64,000 nt of DNA from Octopus sinensis (lineage: Eukaryota), in assembly GCF_006345805.1 (NCBI RefSeq), contig NC_043000.1, positions 68,014,001-68,078,000 of the forward strand, given 5' to 3'. The position numbers and the translations under genes were made by a program. The notes under the pieces were generated by a model. It saw nothing but the letters and a program-made list of their open reading frames with translations, was not told the origin of the DNA and ran no database searches. Positions 24,491-36,860 of this stretch are shown piece by piece. Positions within the stretch are counted from its first letter, which is position 1, and each line of letters begins with the position of its first letter.

Positions 24491-25411
24491 GATTATACAA
24501 GTCTAGTATAATCAAACTAAGCTTGACAATTGCTTTAAATTCCTGTGATAAAGCTCTTGTTTCTAAGAAACTTTTATAAAAAGTGCTAAAAAAATTAACA
24601 AAAACAAGACATACGCACACATCGAACTTTACAGAGAAATAACAAAGTTCGACACTTACATGCGCGCGCACGCACACACACACACAATTTTATAAACACA
24701 TAACTATGATTCTGCTGTCTGCTTCAGATATTTATAAGTGGAAAGAGCATACGGAAGTAAACAGGATGCACTGCTATCATGAACTCGCTTTCTCCAAAAC
24801 AAAATGAAATTAGACACTAAAGTAAAATAGCAAAGACACCCTATAAAATATCTCATTCGGGGACAGATGATGAAAATCAAAAGACTGTGATGGAAATGAA
24901 GAATGGCAACATTAGATTATTTTATCTATAACATGGGAAACAAAATACGAACGTAGAAATGTGAATCATGTTTTGTCAAGAATCCATTGTAGTATAAGTA
25001 TGGAAGACTTAAATCTTACACCACAAAATATATCATTTTTAGGAGAATCTGGATGTGTTGTATGAATAATAGTAATGAGGAACTAGAATAAACATCCACA
25101 CAGTAAAAAAAAGAGAAAGAAATTATACATAGGAAAATTGCATAGACGTAAAAATGTGTAACTTTGTTGTATTGACACCCGCATTAGGAACATTTCGAAA
25201 AATTAGATGAGAAAATTATAAGTTGCTTTTGATAGATACAGATACTCATATCTTAAGGATAAAGACAAATAATGTTATATTAATATTAATTATTTACCAA
25301 GGCTATTGACAACTTGAGTGACTTATGAGATTGGAAATATCGAGAGCTAAGGTTTTTACCAACGATGTTTGTGCCTAAATATATAATCTTCTTTCAAGTT
25401 ATCGTTTAAGC

Positions 25412-25523
25412 TAGTGGTTCTCAACCGGGGTCTATATGGCCCCTGAGGATCCATATAAGATTTTGTGGGGTCCATGCAACAAAATAGTATATTGGGGATC
25501 CACAATAGCATTTTAAGGGTCCG
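25412..25523 (+). mobile_element. Left end of a hAT/Charlie-type MITE
   Basis: TAGTGGTTCTCAACCGGGGTC matches the terminus of the intact MITE at 46038. Confidence 0.65.
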
Positions 25524-25524
25524 C

Positions 25525-25950
25525 CGATGCATTATCTCGCCTGCCTATCGGTGCATTGTCGACTGCTGCTTCGATTGATTTGGTTGCTATGGTTACTGAC
25601 CAACCCTCCTTGGACTCTCTGGACATCTCTTCACCACAGTTTTCCTGTTGCAAGTTTGAACACCTGCCTTTTTCTTTGCGATGTTTCTACCGGGTCACCA
25701 CGACCCCTTTTCTGAAAATCAGCCTCTGTTTTTCAAGTATTCATTTCAACCCGCTTTTTCTGGCAAAATATGCGTCGGTCTATTACTGTTTGGTCACGTG
25801 CCTGTCTACCATATCAGAGTTCCAAGGTGCATCGTCACGTGAGAGCACCTCTTGGACACTTCCAGCCACCGGACACCAGGTTCCGTCACATACGCATCGA
25901 CCTGGCTGGTCCTTGGCCGGTCAGTTGTGGATTTACTTATATATTGGACT
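25525..25950 (+). pseudogene. Ty3/Gypsy pol fragment (RNase H end, connection, integrase start)
   Basis: DALSRL; LCDVSTGSPRP; WSRACLPYQSSKVHRHVRAPLGHFQPPDTRFRHIRIDLAGPWPVSCGFTYIL, the typical integrase Zn-finger end plus first catalytic D region. Internally deleted and frameshifted. Confidence 0.88.
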
Positions 25951-26580
25951 CCACTTTAAAGACTGGAACTTTTCCTTGCCTGTGCATTGTATTGCATTTC
26001 TGTTGTCTGTTTTTTTTCATTTTTCTTTGCACTTCACTTCCTTTTTCAGGACCTTACCTATGTAAGAACATATTTTTGAATATTGCCTATATTATATGCT
26101 AACTTGTTCCAATGTTCATACATACAAGCACCACATTCTAGGATTTTAGTTGCTTTCTCATTGTTCTTGCATGCTAGCACCTCCAGCCTCTGCAAGTGAC
26201 CCACCGCTCTTGCAGACTAACAACTCCTTCTTTCCACTATAAGCGACTCACTGCCCTTGCAGGCAAAGTCTTGGCACTGCTCACGTCCCAGCAGCCAACA
26301 TTGCATCTCAAGCACTTTGACTTTTGCATCCTGTGATTTCCAGTTTCCTGGACAGTTGTTATCACGTTTGCATGTCAGACGTTCTGTGTCTCAGAGTATT
26401 TACATTTCTTAACTTTGCCTCGCCAGTGACTGTTCCGGAGAATACACTTATGCTGTTATAGACACCGCAATCACATTTTCTCTCTTTCTGTATCATTGTA
26501 CATATATGCTTTGTTCTATTTGATTGGGCACCTTTCTTTGCTGAACGTTTTCCTTGTACATGCATATAATGTGTCATATA

Positions 26581-27001
26581 AAACCCTAACCCTAACCTTA
26601 AATCCTAACCCTAACCCTAAGACCCTAAACCTATCCCTAAAACCCTAACCCTAATCCCCTAACCCTAACCCTAAAACCCTAGCCCTAAAACCTTAAAGCT
26701 AAAACCAGTACAAATGCACGAACAATGTCATAAATAACAGTGACAAATGAAATATACACCACCGATAGTTGTCGTTGACAAACAACGGCAGTAATTTTAT
26801 TCAGCTGAATACACGTCATTGATTGGTTGAAATTACCGAAATACAACTTTAACACAAAATAACTTCGTAACTATAAGCTGTTCTCAAAAACTCTAAGAGT
26901 AAAAGGTGTTTTATATGACACATTCTACCAGTATACGAAGTTTGAAAATGTTTAGTTACAAAAATTTATTTTCTAAATCTGCCGGTTAAAAGGAAAAGAT
27001 C
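26581..27001. mobile_element. Half foldback-family element with a degenerate (CCCTAA)n array (26581-26706)
   Basis: End CATTCTACCAGTATACGAAGTTT...CTGCCGGTTAAAAGGAAAAGATC matches the terminus of 20105-20941. Confidence 0.75.
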
Positions 27002-27183
27002 AAAAAAATCTTCAGGTATTTTTATAATTAAATATTATTAGGAATTGTAACAAAAAAAAAAAAATAAAAGAAATGAAATATTTGTGTATTGCAGAATTAT
27101 AACCAATTTATTGCACATAAATTTTCACAATAAAATATTTGATGGACCCCAAGGGCCATATAGAGCCCAGTTGGGAACCAATG
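27002..27183 (-). mobile_element. Left end of a hAT/Charlie-type MITE, reverse orientation
   Basis: Reverse complement begins CATTGGTTCCCAACTGGGCTCTATATGGCCC and continues like the 46038 MITE (..CAATACACAAAT). Confidence 0.6.
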
Positions 27184-28089
27184 CACGAGAGAACACAATT
27201 GACTTGAAAATAAAAAAAGCGTTTAAATGTGAATAGACAAAAACTTTGTATCTGGATAGAATCAAGTTTTGAAAATGAGAATATAACAAAGCTTAAAATA
27301 ATTTAGTAATTAATATCTCACTCGGAAAAGAATATACAATTTTGAAGGAGAAAAAATATATTTAGAACAAAAAGAACTTATAACATAAAATGAATATTGG
27401 TTGATTGACCCAATTTTTAGTGGGACATGAAGTTGAAATAAATACCGACATATTTAACGTCCCTAGATTAAAGATACGTAACAATAAATCGTAAAGTTTA
27501 TGCTCGTAGGTAATAGGGTTTCTTTAATTGTAATTTATTTATGCTCATATGAGAAAACGTAACCCCCCTGATACTATCAATCTCTCAGTCACACATCATT
27601 TTATTGCTTGTTTAGTGCGCTGTGAATGCGTCATTTACCTTCTTTTTCCACCTTCTATGTTCAAAAGTAATGAACAGCATAGTTGCCAGATTGGCTATAT
27701 TTTAATATTCCAAGTCCCTTGGAAATATACTAAACTATGTGAAATTTTTTTTATGACTCTCTCCTTTCCTCTACAAACAATTTGTTGGTTTCTTATATAT
27801 ATATATATATTATATATATATATATATAGAACTTCAAGTCTGGCGTCTTTTATCCTTCTAACATGTATTACCCATGACTTCAACCTCGATTTCAACTGTG
27901 CGTAGCTAAGTTATTACTCAAGGGTACGAGAGCTATAAACTGAAAATATTTAGACTGGGGGGATCAGGCTTTGGCAATTAGTAAAATAAGCAACAAAAAA
28001 AAAGTAATATTTAAAAAACTAGGACAATTGTCAATCTTTAAATATTACAATACATCTTTATATTTTTATTATTGTTTAACTTAAGGTTC

Positions 28090-28230
28090 AAGTCTTTCCC
28101 AGCCACATGGTTTCGGGTTCAGTTCCAATACATAGCACCTTGGGCAAGTGTCTTCTACTGTTGCACCAGGCCGACCAAAGTCTTGTGAGTAGATTTCGTA
28201 GGTGGAAACTGAAAGAAGCCTGTTATATAT
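28090..28230 (+). mobile_element. Family-D SINE 5' half
   Basis: CCACATGGTTTCGGGTTCAG...CCTTGGGCAAGTGTCTTCTACT...GGAAACTGAAAGAAGCC. Confidence 0.85.
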
Positions 28231-28239
28231 ATATATAGC

Positions 28240-28275
<36 letters not shown>

Positions 28276-28379
28276 AGAAATTATGTGTATGTATGTATGT
28301 ATGTATGTACGTATGTATGAAAGTCACAAACAATGCGAAAAGCCACTTAATATAAGAGACTATGAAGAAGGAGAAATTA

Positions 28380-29100
28380 AGACAATAGACTGAATTTTAA
28401 ACTTGAAAGAGTTCAGTTCATAAGAAGGAGGAAAACAACCAGAGAGAAGAAAGTTCCAAAGTCTGGGACTTCGAGGAAAAATGCTACGACCGTAGAAAGA
28501 CTCCCTTATTCAAGGAAGAACAACAGCATTTGGATGAAGACGCTCTGAGTTGTAGAGTCAGGCTGCTGACTTGAAATCTCAATGTAGGCTTTTCTAACAG
28601 TCTGCAGTGGATCTTGCAAGCATGAAGTGGATTCGATCCACCATAGCCAAATTTAAATTAACACTGCAACAGAACTTTTCCCACGGTGGAACAATGGTTT
28701 TTCTCTAACAGCAGTTTTACATTTTCTAGATGCCTTTAGCTAGGTCGAAATAATGTCTTCACCACTTGACCTTTTCTAACCTCTTCTACTTCACCAAAAG
28801 CTAGAATAAAGATAACAAGACGACCAACTAAATTTATTGTTCTCAATGATATATCTATCCTTCTGGATAGTTATATAAGCAAGCACATCCCAAGCAAAAA
28901 TCAGTTAGTCACTTCGGTGACAACGAAGTCTGGCTGACCAGCTATAACCTTGGTCAGAGGGAGAAATAAAGTTTGCCGTCAGCAGCTGTGAGACAACACC
29001 CTACAATTCTCTCTAGCTCTAATTCTGTTCTCTTACAGCATCATTCAATCTCTCTCCGTAATTACTATTAAACAATGCAGAGAACACAACCACATCTAAC
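28380..29100 (-). mobile_element. Highly decayed CR1/L2-group LINE, RT C-terminal fragment
   Basis: Minus frame RSIFPRSPRLWNFL resembles the SFFPRTxRLWNxLP end motif. The rest has many stops. Confidence 0.5.
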
Positions 29101-29320
29101 TTTCTTTCGCATGCTCTAGGATATCATAACTTGCCCGTCGAGGCAAGGTATTGTAACGTAACGGTAAATAAATATTTCCTTAAAACATCATGCATTGTTC
29201 ATCTTTCACATCCTACAGTATGCAATTATAACAATAAATTTTTATCGTTTCTCCCGCTACAATTCGTGACCCTCGACTTCAACTAAAAACTTTATCGTTA
29301 CAAGTCACTGTCTTTAACAT

Positions 29321-29342
29321 TGTAGCGGGCGCTTAGTGAAAT

Positions 29343-29381
<39 letters not shown>

Positions 29382-30079
29382 ACTGACATATATAGCATAA
29401 ATACGGACGTAGCAGATAACAGCTAACCTTCGGATTTTTGGACCCTGTTGTGTCCACTACTCTAATTGGTTGGTATTGGCGCAATTTGACTCTTGCTGTA
29501 TTACGTGCCAATGAGCAACCCAACCAATCGCAACCTTCTGATAACAGTAGCAACAACCGCTTACACGACACGTATTCAACCGGCTCTGCAATTGTAGCCA
29601 CAACTTCTTGTTACAGAACTTCAACTATTATGTACCTGACTACGAACTGGTATTTATCTTCATTGTGTCTGAACTTCTAGCGTCCTGTTATAGACTCTTT
29701 CCATGCTCTGTATTTTATCTCACACTTCATTGTGTTTGAACTTCTAGCGTCCTGTTATAGACTCTTTCTTTCTATGCTCTGTATTTTATCTCACACACAT
29801 ACACCCTTGTTTGTACACACATACACATTATGTATGCACGACGGCCCGTCTATTGTTATTATTATTATTATATATGTACTTATGTCGCATACACAGACAT
29901 ACAGTTTGCTAACATCTAAATAAAACCTTTCTCTTAACGTTCTACGGTTGTGTTATCTTCATTTTCCCTTTCTGGCACTCATACTCATTAACCCATTTTG
30001 TCTTTTAGTGTAAGCGACCGTGCGGTATATTAAAGGAGTCATTCATTCGTCACTTCTCCTTTCGCACGGTCGTTCTACA
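29321..30079 (+). mobile_element. Probable solo LTR (759 bp)
   Basis: Termini TGTAG...CTACA. AATAAA near 29918. Flanks ACAT/ACAC (3/4 match). Internal ~67-71 bp tandem duplication at 29658-29795. Confidence 0.6.
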
Positions 30080-30150
30080 ACACCTAGCATAAAGTAATTT
30101 GTCATTGATGGTCATACTCGGCTACTCTGGGGATCTTGAATAATGTTCCC

Positions 30151-30310
30151 TCCACTGCTTATTAATTTTTCAGATTTTTTCCATTCCACTCCGCTTTTAT
30201 TCCAACCCCAACCCCACTTATTAATTTTTCAGATTTTTGAATCCCACCTCACGCTTATTAATTTTTAAGATCCTCTCCGCTTTTATTCCAACCCTCCCTT
30301 CTTAAATTTT
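30151..30310. repeat. Degenerate short tandem repeat
   Basis: CTTATTAATTTTT(C/A)AGAT three times and TCCGCTTTTATTCCAACCC twice. Confidence 0.6.
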
Positions 30311-30401
30311 TGCTAATCTATCTCCTGTGGAATTTTATTGTAAGCTATTCATATTGATACAACAGCTGGAGAATCTAATGATAATTTTATTTTACTTTTA
30401 A

Positions 30402-30407
<6 letters not shown>

Positions 30408-30475
<68 letters not shown>

Positions 30476-30500
30476 CATACATATATATATATATATACAT
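30408..30500. repeat. (TA)n microsatellite
   Basis: TA run. Confidence 0.9.
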
Positions 30501-30754
30501 ATAATAAAAAAAAGAACATTACAAATAATATCATATGCTATAAAGTAAATAGGATATATAAATTAAATAACTAATTCTGGTTTTATAAAAAAAAATCAAG
30601 GGTGATAGCCTAGAAATTTAAAAATTTCTTATTTAGGCACAAGGCCAACAACTTGTGGGGAGGGACAGCCACTATGTGTGTATATATTAAAGCAAATACA
30701 ATGCAGCATGCAGATTCAAAGAGTACTCGTAAGAGCGTGAATAAAGATGTAAAG

Positions 30755-30835
30755 TGCAAATGGGATTCGAACCCACGTCTTCGTTGATGCCGCGGTATAA
30801 TGAGCACTGTAATCGACGTGCCAATAAAACCTAAG
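30755..30835 (-). mobile_element. tRNA-like SINE head
   Basis: Minus strand has a perfect B box GGGTTCGAATCCC and a weak A box. No acceptor stem. Confidence 0.4.
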
Positions 30836-31199
30836 CCGCAAATTGCGACAGATGGTCTCTTCGTTATATATTAATTGCACCTAAAACATGATACTCAAAT
30901 TGTGAAACCAATTTCTTTCTCCTGATAGCGGCCTTTTATACTAGGTTCCTTTTCTTTCTTTCTTTCTTTTTCAGTTTCCTTTCTAAGGTGGGGAGGGAGG
31001 GAGAGGATTTATAAGAAACGGTTTAAATTTAGTTATGTTTAAAATTGTTCATAAAGAACAAACTTTGTAAAAAGTCAAAGAACGCAACAGGTGACAAACT
31101 GCTGTTCTTGCAAAAGAATCAAAACTACCGAGCACACTCTAATGACAGATCAAATGGAAGAAGTTGTTGATATTGATGTGAAGAAAAAGGCGGCGATCT

Positions 31200-31315
31200 G
31201 CTTTGCCTTTCATCCTTTCGGGGTCGATGAAATAAGTAGAGCACCGGAGTCGATTTAATCGACTTAGCCCCTCCCTCTAAATTGCTGGCCTTGTGCCAAA
31301 ATTTGAAACCGATAT
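31200..31315 (+). mobile_element. Family-A SINE 3' half (another decayed copy at ~31596-31715)
   Basis: CTTTGCCTTTCATCCTTTCGGGGTCGATGAAATAAGTA...GGCCTTGTGCCAAAATTTGAAACC. Confidence 0.85.
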
Positions 31316-32036
31316 TCATGTCAAGAAAAGAGATAATGAAAATAAATTTAAGAATCTAATCACAATAATACCAAATTGGGAAGTATTGTGATAGAATTTT
31401 ATGCATATTTTCACCCTCTTCAACCAATGAACGTCTGAATGTGGAGACCAAATCCGGTAACTTATGCTGGGTGTCAACAGAGAATGAACGAAATTACAAA
31501 CTCTTCGTTTGAATGAGCAATAATTTATCTTGTTTAGCTATAGCAATTCTTTGCTAATTATTTTTAGCATTATTATTGCTCCCCACCGCCAAGGACAATT
31601 TCACCTTTTCTCCTTTTGAGTCAATTAGATGAAGTACCAGCCAAGAACTGGGTGGGCGGTATCGACAAAACTGCTCCCCAGAAAATAGCTGGCTTTGTGC
31701 CAATATTGGAATTAATTTTGATGTTGTAGTTGGGCGTGGAGAAAGTACAAGTTTTTCTAAAATTTATTTTATGAAACTGAAATGTATTTCATGGATTTGT
31801 TTAGCTGCACATAATGAAATGAAGCTTGTAAGTATGGAATTAGGAAGTATATTCTAATACTCTGAAGAAGAAACACAAGGTCAAATCTCTGTAAGGATAA
31901 ACGATTAAAAACATTTCAAATTTGATAAGCCCACACCTGTATGTTCACTTGAATCGTTGAATCAATTTTGAACGAAAGATAAAATTGTCACGTATGACAA
32001 TAATAATAGTAATCCTTTCTACTATAGACACAAAGT

Positions 32037-32423
32037 GTGAAGGCGCAATGGCCCAGTGGTTAGGGCAGCGGACTCGCGGTCGTAGGATCGCGGTTTCGAT
32101 TCCCAGACCGGGCGTTGTGAGTGTTTATTGAGCGAAAACACCTAAAGCTCCACGCGGCTCCGGCAGGGATGGTGGTGATCCCTGCTGTACTCTTTCACCA
32201 CAGCTTTCTCTCACTCTTACTTCCTGTTTCTGTTGTACCTGTATTTCAAAGGGCCGGCCTTGTCACACTCTGTGTCACGCTGAATATCCCCGAGAACTAC
32301 GTTAAGGGTACACGTGTCTGTGGAGTGCTCAGCCACTTACACGTTAATTTCACAAGCAGGCTGTTCCGTTGATTCGGATCAACCGGAACCCTCGTCGTCG
32401 TAACCGACGGAGTGCTTCCATCC
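32037..32423 (+). mobile_element. Young intact tRNA-derived SINE (family B, 387 bp) inserted into a minus-strand family-A SINE (~32000-32510)
   Basis: A box TGGCCCAGTGG, B box GGTTTCGATTCCC. Perfect 11-bp TSD AGACACAAAGT (32026-32036 and 32424-32434). CpG-rich. Confidence 0.92.
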
Positions 32424-32539
32424 AGACACAAAGTCTGAATTATATCGTCCCCAGGAATACTTATTTTTATCGACCCCGAAAGGATCAACGACGAAGTCGA
32501 CTTCGGCGGAGTGTTAGTGGAGGGGTTGGAATGGAGTTT

Positions 32540-32940
32540 TAGATGTAGGGTGGGACGGTGTAGGTTTAGCAGATAGGAGAGATGGGTGCAAAAGTCTCGC
32601 AAATCTGCTCAGGCGATTCCAACAGTCTAACTGGATTTCTCAGCTGTGCCAGTGTAGACCTGGTGAAACTGCATCGGGTCATCCAGATCGTATCTAGATA
32701 GGGTATTCTGAAGAGTAGCAGATAAGGACATCATAGGTTGTCCACAGTTTAAAATAGTCGACTACACAGACCACAAATTCGTGATCTATACAGTCGACTT
32801 AGATAGACTTCATAGACAGGGACCCAGCTACTGGATGCTGAACACATCGTTGCCGATGCGTAAAGATTTCAGAGAGCGGATTAGTGAACCAGTTAAGAAG
32901 GCGTTATGGTGGTTCACCCTGAAAAGGGCGATTAGAATAT
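32540..32940 (+). pseudogene. Tx1/L1-clade apurinic endonuclease fragment
   Basis: IGSSRSYLDRVF...VDYTDHKFV...GPSYWMLNTSL...WWFTLKRAIR, matching the R/Y-x-D, S/T-D-H and WKLNxSL motifs of Tx1/L1 APE domains. Confidence 0.8.
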
Positions 32941-35551
32941 TTTCTCCTGTGTATTCATTTGATTTGGGTGAATGTTAATATCAAAGTTTTTAAAGCGTCA
33001 GAAATTGGCGCAGGCAAAAGAAAAAAAAATGGTAGTTTCTCTGAAAACTGGGACAACATAAAACTTTTTTACAATTCGTGATTGACTTTTAATAACAGAC
33101 AGAAGTCGTACAGATAATTTTTCGGACATCCTGTATATACGTAATTTTAACTGACTTTTTATAGGCTGCTTTCTGTTATATACAAAGCTGAATTATGAAA
33201 TGACAAGCTTTGTAAATTACTATTTTGTACTCATTGTAAATTGCCGAAAATTTGCCGAGTGTTTTGCGTAGCCACTTTCTCTTAATTAATTTTACATTGA
33301 AGAAAGAAAGAGAGAAAGAAGGAAAGAAAGAGAGTTCTATAAAACAAGCACATATATAAAATCACAAACTAGTAACCCGTGCCTTAATAGTAGAAAATAA
33401 TTGTGAAAGCGAAAACCAATAACAGCAATTCTGAAGTACTGTATACAGTAATTAATATATTAACTATATAAAATAAAACTGCCAACATAATTCAATGACT
33501 TATTTGTCTGGCTAATCGATTTTAACTAAGGTGAATGAATAATTAAGGAATAAAGTAGTATTAGTTATTTTGTTTGTTTTATGCCCGATGAAAAGAACAT
33601 GCAGTTTTGTTCAAACATAATTGCTCTCCAGTGACAGCACAATGCTCATCAGATTCATACACCTACCCTTATCTTTTCCATGGCGCTTGTTCAAATCTCT
33701 AATAATACATTTTCCGGTGTACAGTCGAAGTGTTCTTTGCATGTAATATTCGACATTCATATTCTGTGTTTACTCACTTTTCTTTGAGTTTTAGCTAAAC
33801 TCGATTATTGCAATATCGCATTAGTCTCAAAATAACCACAGAAAATAGTGAAATATTTATCAAAGAATACGAGTGTACGATAAACGATAACCAAACAAAT
33901 AAATTGGAGCAATATTCTTACAAGATATCATTAAAATAGAAACGTACAGAGATTTAGCATGAAAAATATTCATTAATATACGAGTTAATCAAGCATGGAG
34001 CCATATAATTAAACAAGCAGTAAAGTGGCAGAGTTGTTAGAGCAGGTATTGGGAAACGTTCTACGAGAAGCGGGCCGCATGAAACATAGCTTATCATCAG
34101 GCGGACCGTACTACTATAAAATGCAAGGTAATTTTTCGTTAGTCGTGCCTGCCACTCGGAGACTCTCACGGGTCGCAGTTTACCCATGACTGCGTTAGAG
34201 CGCCGCGATATTTGTTCTTTGATAAAATAAAAGTATCAATCCAGGATGATGGATTAACAGAACTGTAAGAATTCGGGTAGCTTGCGGTATTTATTCTGAC
34301 TCTTTGTATTCTCAGTTTTATCTGGACGGTAAAGTAGCTCTTATTCCACACTCTTAGCAGAGTTTCTTTTTGACAAGCATTCACTGCCCTTTTATAGTCT
34401 GTGCCTGGATGCTCTCATCATTGGAGCAACAAAATTTAAAGAATCGTTCAGAACTTCACAACTATATATGAGGTCTAAATTAACATAGGGGTGCCTACCC
34501 ATCGGATATCAAACGCGTATCACTGGCTTTTCACTGGTGTTGTTAGGTATGTTAGGTATGCTATGTTGCAGAGGTCTACTTCAGCTGCTATTTCAGAAAA
34601 GCTCAGGTGCCCGTACCCATCGTTAAGGGAGGCCAATAGAGAGCACTGTACCCTCAGATTTGGAAAATACAGTTTACAAAAATCTACCTGTGTTACACAT
34701 TCATATCTATATGTATACGTAGGCATACGTGTGTAGAATACATCCCCACTTTTGGCACTATTTTGTTAGTAAACAGTACGAACTGTGTCTAAAGTATATA
34801 TGTATCACTACGCTGAATGTTGACAGTCCATGTAACACGTAAAACAATAACAATGGCTTCATTTGAGTTGTCTATCACCCATCAGAACAAAACTACACAT
34901 AACAACCTGCAATACAAATTAGTGCCCACCCAGAATATTCTGAAGCACCCACAGGCACTAGCGTCTGGCGACGGGACTGTAGGTACCTGTGTTTATGAAA
35001 TTACGGTGTTTTCACTATCATCACTTCCAGCGCAATTTACTTTCATTGTTTTTACGACACTAAACTGCTTATTTAACACTACTATCTGCCACCTTGAGTA
35101 TCTTTGGCGGAGTTCACCAAGCATTCAAGTAAGCTCACCGATTTGAGGATACATTCCTCACTTGTTCTCACCAACCTTGGACCCTGTAAAGAGTCATGAC
35201 ACTACATCCCTGCTGATTAAAAGATGAAAGAAAAAAATTACGACGTTCACAAAAATTCATCAGTAAACATCGCTTAAATGAAAAACTACTAAAAGCCGAT
35301 AGTATCTAGAATTGTATGAAGAATTCAGTAGATAATTGTAAGGCGTCAACGAAATGAATTAAAGAAGATAGAATGCAGCAATATCGAAAACGTATCTCAA
35401 AACATCCAATGGAATTATAATTTTCTGATAACATCAACTGAGAGCAAAATAACAACACTCCTAAGTTTGGTACCTACTTAGGAATTTTAGTGTACAAATT
35501 GCTACAACGGAAATAACAATTAAGCGAATTTGTTTGTTTGAAAAGAGAACT

Positions 35552-35783
35552 TATTTCTTTATTGCCTACAAGGGGCTAAACATAGAGGGGGGAAAACAAG
35601 AGAGACAAAGGAATTAAGTCGATTACATCGACCCCAGTGCGTAACTAGTACTTATTTAATCGACCCTGAAAGAATGAAAGGCAAAGTCGACCTCGGCGGA
35701 ATTTGAACTCAGAACGTAACGACAGACGAAATACGGCTACGCATTTCGCCCGGCGTGCTAGCGATCCTGCTAGCTCGCCGCCT
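35552..35783 (-). mobile_element. Full-length family-A SINE with alternative tail (type 2)
   Basis: 15-bp TSD TTTGAAAAGAGAACT (35537-35551 and 35784-35798). All core CpGs retained. Confidence 0.92.
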
Positions 35784-36699
35784 TTTGAAAAGAGAACTCG
35801 TAATATAGGTTGTTTGTAATTGTGTTTGTTTAAAATGTTTATCTTATAATCATTTGATAGCGGTTTAGTTTATAATAAAAGGTTTCCCTATCCCTTTGAT
35901 TAATTTTCGCTTCCTGCTTGCGCGCACGCACACACACGTTCCCCACCTCTCTATTTCACTCTTTTATCCATTTATCTTTCATTATCATACTTCCATCCTC
36001 TCTCCTCTCTTTCCTTAATCCCAAGATTATAATATTAGTCGATCGCATCTATGTTCCCGGAAGCTAAATAGACATTCAAAAGATGGAAGAATAATTCATA
36101 TTATTCAATGTTTAAGCCATAATGTTAAAAATACCGTCTATTCTCATATTTCACAGAAGGTTATAAGAAAAAAATTGTTAGTGCATGTCTATTTTCTTTC
36201 TTCTTTTTGTTTTGAAATGACTTTCATGAATTGGAAAACTAAATACAATTTCCCTCTCAAATTCGGACAAATTAGTAACGTTTCATTATGTTTATGTACT
36301 AGTGAATATCCGTGGAAAATTCCAAGCTGATGAGTTTTTGGTTTTTATGTTCCGAGATATCAAAGGCAATTATCTGCTGTGTCTGTGTATTTTACTGAAA
36401 CACCGACAGAAGTTTGGTACTTCATACGCTGGGCAGATATAGTTCAGCCCTGGTTAATGCATAGCGAAGCATCAACTCAAGGAACAAAAGGGAGAAAAAA
36501 AAAAGAAAAGCTCAGGGAATATAGTCCCCACCCTTCTCACTCAGGTATAGGTGTATTGGGGCAATCGTTGATTTAGTGATAATAATAGATGGACAGACGA
36601 TGTTGATGGCAGTGTTGAGGTGGAAATGGGTGGGATGGGGAGAGACAGGGTAGATGAAGGTAGTGATGTGATGATGACAGATAAATAGTATACGTGAAT

Positions 36700-36860
36700 A
36701 AACAAATGTGTTGCTATGGCGAAGGTAATAGTGGTTATGGTAGTGGTGGTGGTGTTGATGATGATGATGATGATGATGATGATAACGATGGTAGTAATAA
36801 AAATTATGATAACGGTATCCATGATAATCGTGGGAGTGATGGTGATGATGATGATTATCA
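36700..36860. repeat. (GAT)n/(GGT)n low-complexity tract
   Basis: Trinucleotide repeats explain the His-, Ile- and Asp-rich ORFs. Confidence 0.85.

Noticed and set aside
25412-27183. A single 1.8-kb Pack-hAT element capturing Gypsy and telomeric sequence
   Set aside because: Both ends resemble the left end of the 46038 MITE and there is no 8-bp TSD (GTTTAAGC vs CACGAGAG). More likely two independent copies in opposite orientation.
32041-32112. Functional tRNA gene (also 30755-30835, 40237-40299, 58318-58392)
   Set aside because: A and B boxes are present, but there is no proper acceptor stem or cloverleaf and most continue directly into a SINE body.
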